The notes under the pieces were generated by a model. That model did no database searches, was not told where the DNA came from, and saw nothing but the letters and a program-made list of their open reading frames with translations. Position numbers and translations under genes: made by a program. Shown one piece after another: positions 53,905-63,269 of a stretch of 64,000 nucleotides of DNA. Position 1 is the first letter of the stretch, and each line of letters starts with the position of its first letter. Location of the stretch: positions 355-64,354 of the forward strand of contig JAETPW010000008.1 in assembly GCA_021771025.1 (NCBI GenBank). The letters are read 5' to 3'. This DNA is from Clostridiaceae bacterium. Lineage in GTDB: Bacteria > Bacillota > Clostridia > TANB77 > CAG-508.

Positions 53905-54155
53905 CCTTTCTTATTATTTTTTAGTTAAACTTATCAATCCAGTTACTTCCCTCCCCCAGTAACTACTCAGATGGTCTTCCTATAGAGTAGCGGAAAAATC
54001 AATAACTATATCCCCTTGAGAGCGGACTAGATTTATGCACCATCTGAGTAGTTACCTCCCACAAATTTTCTCCGGCAAAAAATCCCCCAACTCTCTTGAA
54101 AAAAACGCCAAAATACGATATAGTATCATTTAACAAAATAACAAAGGAGAAACCC

Positions 54156-55452
54156 ATGAACACGCCAAAATATACAAAAAAACTATTTCTTATCTTGATC
54201 TTATTTATCCTTATCTTCTCATTTTTCACTAGCGTTCAAGCAGAAAGTACTATTTCCATTTCACTTGATTTACTAGCAGAATCTGCCATTCTCATCGACG
54301 GTTCCTCTGGAAAAGTACTCTACGACAAAAATGCAGAACAAAAAATGTATCCTGCCAGTACCACAAAAATCTTAACAGCTATCCTCACACTTGAGCACTG
54401 CCGTTTAAATGACGTGGTCACTGTTCCCTACGATGCCATTCGTATAATCCCTGCCGGTTATGCAGTAGCTGCACTTCAGGCCCGGAGAAGAACTCACCGT
54501 TGGTCAACTCCTAAAATTAATGATGGTTCACTCTGCCAATGATGCAGCCAATGTATTAGCCTTCCATATATCCGGATCTATCGAAAGTTTCGCTGATCTA
54601 ATGAATGAAAAACTAACGGAAATAGGACTAACTCATACTCACTTCACCAATCCAAGTGGTATGCATAATGAGAACCATTACAGCACCGCCCATGATTTAG
54701 CACTCCTTATGCAATATGGGATGAAAGACAACACTTTTCGTAATTTTGCTGGTTTGAAATCTTGTACTATACCAGCAACCAATAAATACGAAGAAAGAGT
54801 ATTCAACACAACAAATGAATTACTACTAAAAGACACGAGAAATGTAGCTAGTAACTATTACTATCCTTACGCCATTGCTGGAAAAACTGGCTATACCAGT
54901 CAAGCCAAAAATTGTCTAGTTTCGGTAGCTAATAAAGATGGATTTGAATTAATTAGTGTTGTTTTAGGGGAAGGTTTATATGATAACGGATTAAGTGCTA
55001 AATTTATCGAATCAAAGTCTTTATTTGAATACGGGTACCAAACCTATACGATCCAAAAAATTCGTGAACAAGGGGCTATTGGTACGCAAATGGATGTACT
55101 AAATGGAACAAAAGAAACTAGGTCTTTAGATTTAATTTTATCACAAGATATAATTGTTTTAGTGAAACAATCAGATATGAATGAAGAGAGAACTCCTACG
55201 ATTACCCTCTCTGAAAATTTAATAGCGCCAATCGCTCAAGGGCAAAAAGTAGGAACGATTTGTTATGAAATTGATGGTATTAACTATTCTTCTGATTTAG
55301 TTGCTGCTCATACTGTTGAAGCTTCTAGTGTTTTTCCTATTGTCGTTCAAATTGGTCTTTTGATTATTGTTCTTGTCTTGCTTTATTTTTTAATTTCTTC
55401 TGGTCGCAAAAAAGGAAAAAAGAGGAAGAAAAAAGTTCATCGTTTATTTTAA
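54156..55452 (+). pseudogene. D-alanyl-D-alanine carboxypeptidase (PBP5/S11 family) with a 1-nt frame disruption at 54480-54483
   Basis: The signal peptide and STTK box are in the first frame. SAND (SxN) and KTG are in the second. The 4-nt gccc junction lies between ...ALQ and GEELTVGQLL. Confidence 0.75.
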
Positions 55453-55560
55453 TTTTTAGGAATGGACTAAACGTTATTGCGTTACTTTTTGTAACTTTTC
55501 TACTTGTCTGTTGATTTTTACTAGATAAACAAAAAAAGGGGATCTGATTTCCCCCTTTTT

Positions 55561-56940
55561 TTATTCAAAATCTTTTCCGATTACTATGGTAACATGGACT
55601 TTGCTTGTTGATGTTTTATTATTCGATATACTCCCTAAGCCTAGTGTATTTTTGATTTCTTTTACGTCTTCGTCTTCTAATCCTTTTTTATTGGTGATAA
55701 TTGTTTTGGAAATGGTTGATGTGTTCCCTGTTTTAGATACATTGTATCCAGCAGTTTTTAACGTTTCAACTGCTTTTTCTAGTTTTGCTTTACTTCCGCT
55801 TCCATTTAATACTTCTATTTTTATGTCTGCTTTACTTTTCGTTTGACTACCAGCAGATGTACTGGTTGATGTTGTATTGCTACTTGTATTACTGGTATTG
55901 GTCGTATTTGTATCTTCTCCTTCTTGTGTTTGACTAAAAAATAGTTTTTGAATGATAGCGTTCATTTCTTTTTCATTTGGGAAGAAGAACCATAGGTTGT
56001 TTGCTTTGTCATTAACTCCCGGTACGGTATCTGTTTGTAAGTTTTCTGTGTTAAATTCTACTGCATAAGGAACATAGTCTTTTAGGTAACCAATTTCTAG
56101 ATTAGTTTCTACGTTTTGGTTAGCAATATCTAAGATTTCTCCTATTTTGAAAATGTTTTCTGGTTTTAAGGTTTGTTGCAATGTTGCAGTGATAAATTCT
56201 CTTTGTGTTCTCATTCTTCCTGTGTCATTATCCCCATACTCTTCTGGGTAAGTTGTCATTACTCCATTTTTGTCTGGATTGCTATGCCTAAAACGTAATA
56301 ATTGTTCTGCCTTATCACCATCAATTACTTGCTCTCCTGCTTTTAAGTTGATGTGTAGATCTTGGGTTGGGTCATCGTATTTCATATCAATTGGTACATT
56401 AAAGGTTACTCCTCCGATGGCATCGACTAGTTTGATTAGCGCTTCTGTTTTTACTACTACATAATATTGTATGTCTAATCCTGTTAGGTCATTGACTGCT
56501 TTTAGCGTATCTTCTGGTTTTCTATGTATGTTATATACACTGTTGATTTTGTCAAACCCTGTTGCTTTGTTTCTGTTTTTCCCAATATAGGTATCTCTTG
56601 GAATTGATAATAGACTTGCTTTTTGTTCTTTAGGGTTATAAGAAGCTACCATTATCGTATCTGTTAATTCAGAGTCTAAGTCAGTACTAACTCCTAATAA
56701 CAAAACTTTAAGTTCAGGTAAATTCTTCTTTGTATTCTCATCATGTCCTACTACAGTTGCTAACATTCCACTTAGTCCCCAACCATTTTTATACGTTCGG
56801 TAAGTAAACCATCCCGCAAAGGCTAAAAGCAAGAGTAAAATGACAATTAATACTTTTTTCCAAGTTTTCATTTTTTTCTTTCTATTTCTATCTTTTTGAT
56901 TTGCCTTTTCTTGTCCTTCATTTGTTCTTTTATTCAACAT
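55561..56940 (-). CDS. LytR-CpsA-Psr (LCP) family protein with a LytR_C domain
   Basis: The start is at MLNKRTN after AAGGAG. It has a TM anchor, an LCP core (TDTIMVASYNP...LLSIPRDTY) and a C-terminal IKIEVLNGSG. Confidence 0.85.
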   Translation of the reverse strand: MLNKRTNEGQEKANQKDRNRKKKMKTWKKVLIVILLLLLAFAGWFTYRTYKNGWGLSGMLATVVGHDENTKKNLPELKVLLLGVSTDLDSELTDTIMVASYNPKEQKASLLSIPRDTYIGKNRNKATGFDKINSVYNIHRKPEDTLKAVNDLTGLDIQYYVVVKTEALIKLVDAIGGVTFNVPIDMKYDDPTQDLHINLKAGEQVIDGDKAEQLLRFRHSNPDKNGVMTTYPEEYGDNDTGRMRTQREFITATLQQTLKPENIFKIGEILDIANQNVETNLEIGYLKDYVPYAVEFNTENLQTDTVPGVNDKANNLWFFFPNEKEMNAIIQKLFFSQTQEGEDTNTTNTSNTSSNTTSTSTSAGSQTKSKADIKIEVLNGSGSKAKLEKAVETLKTAGYNVSKTGNTSTISKTIITNKKGLEDEDVKEIKNTLGLGSISNNKTSTSKVHVTIVIGKDFE

Positions 56941-57244
56941 TATCCACTCCTTAAAAATATGATAATAGTATAACAAAAATGTTTTGAAAACGCAACAAAT
57001 AATGACAAATTTTTGTAAAGTTAAGATTTTCCATTTTTAATTTTTTCATATTACGTTTTTGTTTCTATTTTATTACATTATTTTATTGTGGGCTATGAAT
57101 ACTAACTAAAAATTGACCAAAAGTAAAAAAATGTAATTTTTTAAGTAGACATTTTTCTACAAATATGTTAGTATAAACAAAGATAAGCAGGTAATATTTA
57201 TCTAATTATAGGGGATTTGTTTACGAAAAAATGGAGCTAAGTAG

Positions 57245-57343
57245 ATGAATAAAAGAGTTTTTAAACGGATAATTGCTTTTTTAATTGCAACTACTATGAT
57301 TTTTGATTCTATCGTTTTGATATTTGCAGCAGTTAAAGACTAA
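57245..57343 (+). CDS. 32-aa hydrophobic small protein (MNKRVFKRIIAFLIATTMIFDSIVLIFAAVKD)
   Basis: A GGAG sequence lies 8 nt upstream of the ATG. The ORF ends 24 nt before the ABC-2 operon. It is not in the ORF track because it is under 60 aa. Confidence 0.35.
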   Translation: MNKRVFKRIIAFLIATTMIFDSIVLIFAAVKD

Positions 57344-57367
57344 TATATACAAAAATAGGAGAAAATA

Positions 57368-58345
57368 ATGATCAAACTAATTCAAAATGAATTTATTAAA
57401 ATATTGAAAAGAAGAAATATATACATACTGATTTGTTTTATTATTCTTATTATGTTAGGCTATAACTTCTACGGTAAATATACTAATACAAACGAACTAA
57501 ACATTCATGAACAGTATAAAAAAGCCTATCATCAAGATCAATTATATTTAGAAACCTACGATTCTCTAGATACAAAAGAAAAATATACAGATATTCTAGA
57601 ACGTGTCAAATTAGAGAAATACGCAATAGACCATAATATTTCATCTAACTTATTCGTAAATACAGAAAATAAAAATGTATTGTTACCACTAGATGCTAGA
57701 ATAGCTTTTATGCGCGTGTTTAACAATTTTGATATGTTAATTATTATTTTTGTTCTTTATATCACAAGTACTATTATTTCTGAAGAGTATAGTAAAGGAA
57801 CAATCAAAACGTTATTGGTAAAACCACATAAAAAAAGTAGTATTTTATTGGCTAAAATGCTAACTTGTTTTTTCATGACTGTTTTGATTTTTTTATTTGT
57901 TCTTATTTTTCAATATATTATTGGTGGTTTACTGTTTGGTTTTGAAAGCTATTCATTAGAAGCACTTAGGTATAACCATCTATCTGATCAAATAGATCAT
58001 ATGCCATTAATTAATTATATGGGAATTATGTTTGTGGCGAAAATGCCATTATATGTAGTAATTAGTTTGATTAGTTTATTACTTGGAGTGATGACTAACA
58101 ATATAGCTATTAATATACTAATTTCTTTTGCAACCTATAGTTTGTTTACTACTGATTTATGGGTAAATAGCATAGCAGAAAAATGGCCAATCAGTAACTT
58201 AGATTTAAGCCAACATCTATTTGGCGGTATGGCTCAGGCAAGTGCTGAGGCTATTTCTTTACTGGTGATAATGTTAAGTGCTATCATCATGGTATTGTTG
58301 ATTTTAGTTATACATTTATTTAATCAAAAGGAAGTTATGAATTAA
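57368..58345 (+). CDS. ABC-2 type transporter permease
   Basis: The N-terminus is MIKLIQNEFIKILKRRN, followed by an extracytoplasmic loop and multiple TM segments. The EEYSKGTIKTLLVKPHKKSSIL motif is shared with 59265-60860. Confidence 0.7.
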   Translation: MIKLIQNEFIKILKRRNIYILICFIILIMLGYNFYGKYTNTNELNIHEQYKKAYHQDQLYLETYDSLDTKEKYTDILERVKLEKYAIDHNISSNLFVNTENKNVLLPLDARIAFMRVFNNFDMLIIIFVLYITSTIISEEYSKGTIKTLLVKPHKKSSILLAKMLTCFFMTVLIFLFVLIFQYIIGGLLFGFESYSLEALRYNHLSDQIDHMPLINYMGIMFVAKMPLYVVISLISLLLGVMTNNIAINILISFATYSLFTTDLWVNSIAEKWPISNLDLSQHLFGGMAQASAEAISLLVIMLSAIIMVLLILVIHLFNQKEVMN

Positions 58346-58366
58346 TAATAGTAGGAGATATGAATA

Positions 58367-59272
58367 ATGGAAATTTTAAGTTGTAAAAATCTAAAAAAAC
58401 AGGTAAATCATAAGGTAATTGTAGATAATCTTTCTTTTTCTATCAATAAGGGGGATGTAGTAGGTTTTATTGGACCCAATGGTGCAGGGAAGACAACTAC
58501 CATAAAGCTTATTTTAGGTTTGATTAAATTAACCGAAGGTAAAGTATATATTAATGGGTATGATATTGAAAGAGAATACCTTAAAGCCATTGAGAAAGTA
58601 GGAGCAATTGTAGAGACACCTGATTCGTATCTTTATTTATCTGGCTATGATAATTTAAAGATAATAGCTAATAATTATAAAAATATTAAAAAAGATAGAA
58701 TTGATGAAGTAGTAAAAATAGTAGGATTAGAAAATAGAATCAAAGATGAAGTTTCTACGTATTCTTTAGGAATGAGGCAAAGGCTAGGAATTGCAGAAGC
58801 CATAATTAATCGCCCTGAATTATTGATTTTAGATGAACCTACTAATGGATTAGATATAGAAGGAATAATTGAAATAAGGGAACTTATCCAACAGTTATCT
58901 CATCAAGGAATTGCTATTTTAATTTCTAGCCATAATTTAACAGAAATTGATCATCTATGTAATAGAATTATTGCCATAAAAAAAGGAAAACTGGTTACAG
59001 ATGATTCAATAGAGAATTTTAAAAAAGCTACTCACGAAATTGCCTATCTGTTAGAGTTGGATCGTACCAATCAGTTAAAGCAAATCTTAGTCGAAGAAAA
59101 ATATGAAATAATTGATCAAACTAAGCTTAGAATATACGTTACAAAAGAAAAGATATCTTCAATCTTGGAGAAATTGTTAGAAAATCATTATCAAATTTAC
59201 TCTGTACAACAAGAAAAATTAACTTCTGAGCAAGCTTTTATTCAAAAGGTAGGTGAGAATAAAATTGAGTAA
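58367..59272 (+). CDS. ABC transporter ATP-binding protein
   Basis: It has Walker A (GPNGAGKTTT), the signature SLGMRQR and Walker B (ILDEPTNGLD). Confidence 0.88.
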   Translation: MEILSCKNLKKQVNHKVIVDNLSFSINKGDVVGFIGPNGAGKTTTIKLILGLIKLTEGKVYINGYDIEREYLKAIEKVGAIVETPDSYLYLSGYDNLKIIANNYKNIKKDRIDEVVKIVGLENRIKDEVSTYSLGMRQRLGIAEAIINRPELLILDEPTNGLDIEGIIEIRELIQQLSHQGIAILISSHNLTEIDHLCNRIIAIKKGKLVTDDSIENFKKATHEIAYLLELDRTNQLKQILVEEKYEIIDQTKLRIYVTKEKISSILEKLLENHYQIYSVQQEKLTSEQAFIQKVGENKIE

Positions 59273-60860
59273 ATTAATAAAAAATGAATTGATAAAAATT
59301 TTTAAAAGAAAAAGTCTATATGTATTATTTTTTCTTTCTTTTGTTGTTATTCTTTTTTATCAAATGATAAATCCGGATCAAAATCAGCAAATTAAAGGAT
59401 ATGATACATTTGATAAAAATATTGATTTATTGGAAATTAGTCTCGAAGGGATAAAACAAGTAAGTGACGTAACAATAACAAAGGTAGAGCCTAGTACTGA
59501 CGAATCATCAGATTTACAAAACTACTTACATGAATTAAATGAAGCAAATACGGCTAAAGAACAATATAAAGAATTAAAAACAGAAATTGATTTTGCTTAT
59601 TTATACAATCAATATCCACAAAATTCATGGCAACGTTATGCCCTTAATGAAGAAACGAGAACTATAGTTGTAGGAGAAAATGGAGTTGATTTTAGTCATT
59701 TAGTGGAAAAACAGTTAGCCATTATAAATGACTATGAATTAGCTAATACCTCAACTACTTCTTTAGCAGAATATCAATCTGCTAAAATGAAATATACTCA
59801 GTATAAAGAAGCACTATCCATGAACGATTCGCAGAAATTTGTCGAGTTAAAAATAAATGATCTTAAACAACGAAAAGAAGACATAAACCTAACAGAGGTT
59901 CAACAGAAATTAATGGATATACAAATTGATACCTACCAATTACGTTTAACTAACCAAATAGAATATACAAATGATTTTCTTAATCAATATTTACAAGAAT
60001 ATGAAGAAAAATCATGCTTTTTGCTCAATTATGAAACACAAGAAAGAGAAGATGCTTTATATAAACAAGAAATAGCTATGTCCAAAGCAGAAATAGCATT
60101 GACGAAATATGCCGTTGAACATAAAATTAATCAAGACATATCTCCAGTAGAATTTAATTTGACCATTAATAATAAAATAGATGCTAGGAATTCTTTAGTT
60201 AGAACCTTTCAGCATTTTGATTTAATTATTGTAATTGTGGCTATTTATTTATCCTGTACTATTGTTACCGAAGAAGTTAATAAAGGAACCATTAAAAATT
60301 TGGTAACCAAACCCCATAAAAGAAGTACGATTTTATTTGCTAAAATGATGGCTTGCCTAATCACAATCGTAGTAACTATGGTGTTTGTGTCCATTTCACA
60401 GTTTATGATTGGTGGGCTGGTTTTTGGATTCGAGAGTTATTCATTAGATTTTATTGGATATGATTATACTAGTGGTCAGGTATTTACCATGAACTTAATG
60501 AACTATTTATTGATTGTGGGATTAGCTAAGTTACCAATGTATCTTTTCCTTATTGTCTTTTGCATGTGGATTGGTATAAGTAATAATCATATTTCCATGT
60601 CAATGATAATTTCCCTATTATTATTTTTAATCTTTAGTACAATTATTACGGAATGGTCAAAAAATGAACAATTTTCTCTCATAGCGAGATATTTTATTAC
60701 AAATAACTGGGATTTTAGTGTGTACTTATTTGGTCAAGGATCAAATATAGATGGATTGACTATGACGGTTTCTATGTTTATTTATGTAACATATTTAATT
60801 GCTTTTGGAGGAATAGGGATTTATCAGTTTAACCATAAAGAGATAAATAATGTTTCCTAA
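59265..60860 (+). CDS. ABC-2 type transporter permease with a large coiled-coil loop (paralogue of 57368-58345)
   Basis: I prefer the TTG at 59265, after AGGTGAG, which gives MSKLIKNELIKIFKRK in parallel with the paralogue's N-terminus. The track start is the GTG at 59253. Confidence 0.7.
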   Translation: MSKLIKNELIKIFKRKSLYVLFFLSFVVILFYQMINPDQNQQIKGYDTFDKNIDLLEISLEGIKQVSDVTITKVEPSTDESSDLQNYLHELNEANTAKEQYKELKTEIDFAYLYNQYPQNSWQRYALNEETRTIVVGENGVDFSHLVEKQLAIINDYELANTSTTSLAEYQSAKMKYTQYKEALSMNDSQKFVELKINDLKQRKEDINLTEVQQKLMDIQIDTYQLRLTNQIEYTNDFLNQYLQEYEEKSCFLLNYETQEREDALYKQEIAMSKAEIALTKYAVEHKINQDISPVEFNLTINNKIDARNSLVRTFQHFDLIIVIVAIYLSCTIVTEEVNKGTIKNLVTKPHKRSTILFAKMMACLITIVVTMVFVSISQFMIGGLVFGFESYSLDFIGYDYTSGQVFTMNLMNYLLIVGLAKLPMYLFLIVFCMWIGISNNHISMSMIISLLLFLIFSTIITEWSKNEQFSLIARYFITNNWDFSVYLFGQGSNIDGLTMTVSMFIYVTYLIAFGGIGIYQFNHKEINNVS

Positions 60861-60955
60861 TGTTAGAACTATTGACCAAACTTCCCTTTTTTCCCGATTA
60901 CCACGCTAAGCGATCTATCGATTGTTTCTTCGAGTTTACTTTCTTAACTTACAAA

Positions 60956-60994
60956 AGCAATCAAGTAAAATAAATTTTTGCTTGATTGCTTTTT
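60956..60994 (+). terminator. Terminator of the ABC-2 operon
   Basis: agcaatcaag-N15-cttgattgct followed by tttt. Confidence 0.6.
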
Positions 60995-61003
60995 ACTTCC
61001 CTA

Positions 61004-61051
61004 TAGGGAATTTTTCGGTAGGGAAAAAAAGGGCGTCCCTTTATTTCCCTA
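61004..61051. repeat. REP-like GC-rich palindrome, copy 5 (extended form)
   Basis: tagggaatttttcggtagggaaaaaaagggcgtccctttatttcccta. It lies between the convergent ABC-2 operon and cvpA. Confidence 0.85.
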
Positions 61052-61061
61052 CCTACTTGCT

Positions 61062-61757
61062 TTAATGAATTAGGGTTTCTAACAAATTGTGTTCGTACAT
61101 TTCTTTTCCTAATATTGAACTTTGTATTGCTTGGTGAACCTGATTTTGCGGATTAATTTGTCCGACAAATTGAACAATGAAGAGAACAACTAAAATGACT
61201 AGTACCCCTCTGATTAATCCATAAATTAGTCCCCCCGCTTTATTGAATTGTTTGATGATGGGTAGTTTGGCAATTAAGTTGGCGATTGCTGTGACAAAAC
61301 GTAAGGCAATCTTGATGGCGATGAATAGAATTAGCATTACTCCAAATTGGATGATCTGAATGGATAGTTCTTTAGCTGCTTCTGGTAACATGGTTTGTGT
61401 GATTTCTTGCCCTACTTGTTTGGTTACTCCTTCTAGTAATCCGTTTTCTTGATTATCTTGTTTTGCTGTTGATTTTGATTCTTCTTTTTGTTCTGTTTCT
61501 GTTCTTGATTCTGTTTGTTCACCTGTTTTTGTTTCTTCTGGGTTGATTTGGTTTAGTATAGCATTTTGAATTGTTTCATCTAACTCAGTATGTTCAATAA
61601 TGGTGTTTGCGATTGGTTTATAGAGAATAAGAGTTATGACTAATGCAATAACAAATGCACACAAGCGTATGGATAATTCAATTAATCCTTTTCGATACCC
61701 TAAATAAACCGATAGACAAATGATTAGGATAATTCCTAAATCTATCATTATACCCAT
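61062..61757 (-). CDS. cvpA: CvpA-family membrane protein
   Basis: The N-terminus IDLGIILIICLSVYLGYRKGLI is typical of CvpA. There are TM segments at both ends and an acidic/polar insert. The SD AAGGAGGG is present. Confidence 0.8.
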   Translation of the reverse strand: MGIMIDLGIILIICLSVYLGYRKGLIELSIRLCAFVIALVITLILYKPIANTIIEHTELDETIQNAILNQINPEETKTGEQTESRTETEQKEESKSTAKQDNQENGLLEGVTKQVGQEITQTMLPEAAKELSIQIIQFGVMLILFIAIKIALRFVTAIANLIAKLPIIKQFNKAGGLIYGLIRGVLVILVVLFIVQFVGQINPQNQVHQAIQSSILGKEMYEHNLLETLIH

Positions 61758-61809
61758 GATGATCCCTCCTTACTTTTTTGTTACTAGTTAATAGTTTTAC
61801 ACTAAAGTA

Positions 61810-61995
61810 GCTCTAAGCCCAAGTCATCTGTAGTATTTTTCAGATAAATTTACGTTTGACAGTTCCCCAAGACCCGCGTTAGACTTAAAACCCGATTACC
61901 AGCTTCCTTGTTAGGGACTTAAGGGTTTTAAATTGACCCTGCTATGGAAGACTAAATTTATCTGAAAAATACTACAGATGACTTGGGTTTAGAGC
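61810..61995. repeat. 186-bp element with 43-bp terminal inverted repeats (42/43) around a 100-bp GC-richer core
   Basis: The left arm is 61810-61852 and the right arm is 61953-61995. The single mismatch would be a G-U pair if the plus strand is read as RNA. The core contains the 9-bp stem ttaaaaccc/gggttttaa. Confidence 0.9.
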
Positions 61996-62075
61996 GGACT
62001 CATTCCTCAAAACCATTAACCAGTAATTCTTTTTTTGTTTGCTTTTTCTCCTTGATAGTTTATCTCTTCTTGTTT

Positions 62076-63258
62076 TTACAGGTTGACAATTTCAATTCGA
62101 TCACGATAGATGATTCCTGCTAGGTTACCTGACATGGTGATTTGTGTGATTTCTTGTTTGGCAAGGTAGCGTTTGACTAACCATCCTGATGTATTGATAA
62201 ATTCGATTTCTGTTCCTAGGTTTAAGGCGATAATGTCATGATTTGTGTAGATTTCTTTTGTGACTGAGTCTGCTGCATAGGTGGTAGTGTTTTTGTTTTC
62301 TGTGTTGGTTATGGTGACAATGGAATCGGCTGTAAATAGGCCTGATGATTTTTCTTCTACTGTGACAATATGATCATTTAGTTCGATGGCTTGGAAGGTG
62401 ATTTTTTTGGTTTGATTTTCGGATAATGTTTCTACTTTTTCGTCCATCGTAATTCTGGTTATTTTATCTGGGTAGAGGCACACTAATTGATTTTTCGTTT
62501 GGTATTTGATGTTGGTGACAAGTTCGTTTTTTTCTCCTGTATAGGTATTTACGATATAGTTGTCTGGATCTGTTTTGGCTTTATCGATGGATACGATTTT
62601 GATGTTAGATTCAATCATCGTGCCTGAAGTATCAATTTCTGCAATGGCTAGGTATTTGTTGTCACTGGAAATGGCGATGTCTCCTACACGATTGAAGGAT
62701 ACGTATATGTTGAATAATTCTTCTCCATGAGGATCATACATGGCGATAACTGTTTTATGGATTGTCCCAGTTATGGCTACGGCTACGTAGCCATTTTTAT
62801 TGACATGAACTTGAGAGATTTCTCCTTCTATTGTTTTTTCCCAAGCAATGTCTTTATCTTCCATTAAATATAGTTTTTTTCCTTTGTTTTCTCCTATGGC
62901 TAAGTAGCGATTTTCTGAGTCAAATAAGGGATTGGTGATTTCTAGTGTGACTGTTTTTTCTTCTTTTCCTGTATTGTTATATAAGGAAAATTCATTTTTG
63001 TTTAATACTCCTATGGTTTGGTTGAAAGCATAGACGATTGGATTTTCTCCTTCTTTTAGTTCAATGGTTGCTAAATTATCTTGCTTAACTTCTTTGCGAA
63101 AAATGGTTTTGTCAGTCCATTCTCTAAATTGAGTATTTTGAACATAAAAAACACCTATCACAATTCCGTGCTATTATAAGTAAACTAATGATAATCGTAA
63201 TGATGATTTTTTTTCGATTGACGGTTTTTTTTTCTTCTTCGCTCCAATAATCTTTCAT
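62076..63258 (-). pseudogene. Membrane-anchored beta-propeller-like protein (DUF5711-like?) whose N-terminal TM segment is in another frame
   Basis: The ATG at 63258 gives MKDYWSEEEKKTVNRKKIIITIIISLLIIA. The main ORF (GTG at 63161) continues with IGVFYVQNTQF. The frames join if one base of cgga (63166-63169) is removed. Confidence 0.55.
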
Positions 63259-63269
63259 TTGCTTTTCTC

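Noticed and set aside
43427-54542. Programmed ribosomal frameshifting as the explanation for the split UvrD-like and carboxypeptidase genes
   Set aside because: There is no slippery heptamer or downstream structure at the junctions. The same type of disruption occurs in unrelated genes at C/G runs, which points to sequence error or decay.
61810-61995. 6S RNA or another known long-stem housekeeping RNA
   Set aside because: A 43-bp almost perfect duplex without the bulges and central bubble of 6S RNA does not fit. I cannot run a covariance model, so I left it as an unclassified inverted-repeat element.
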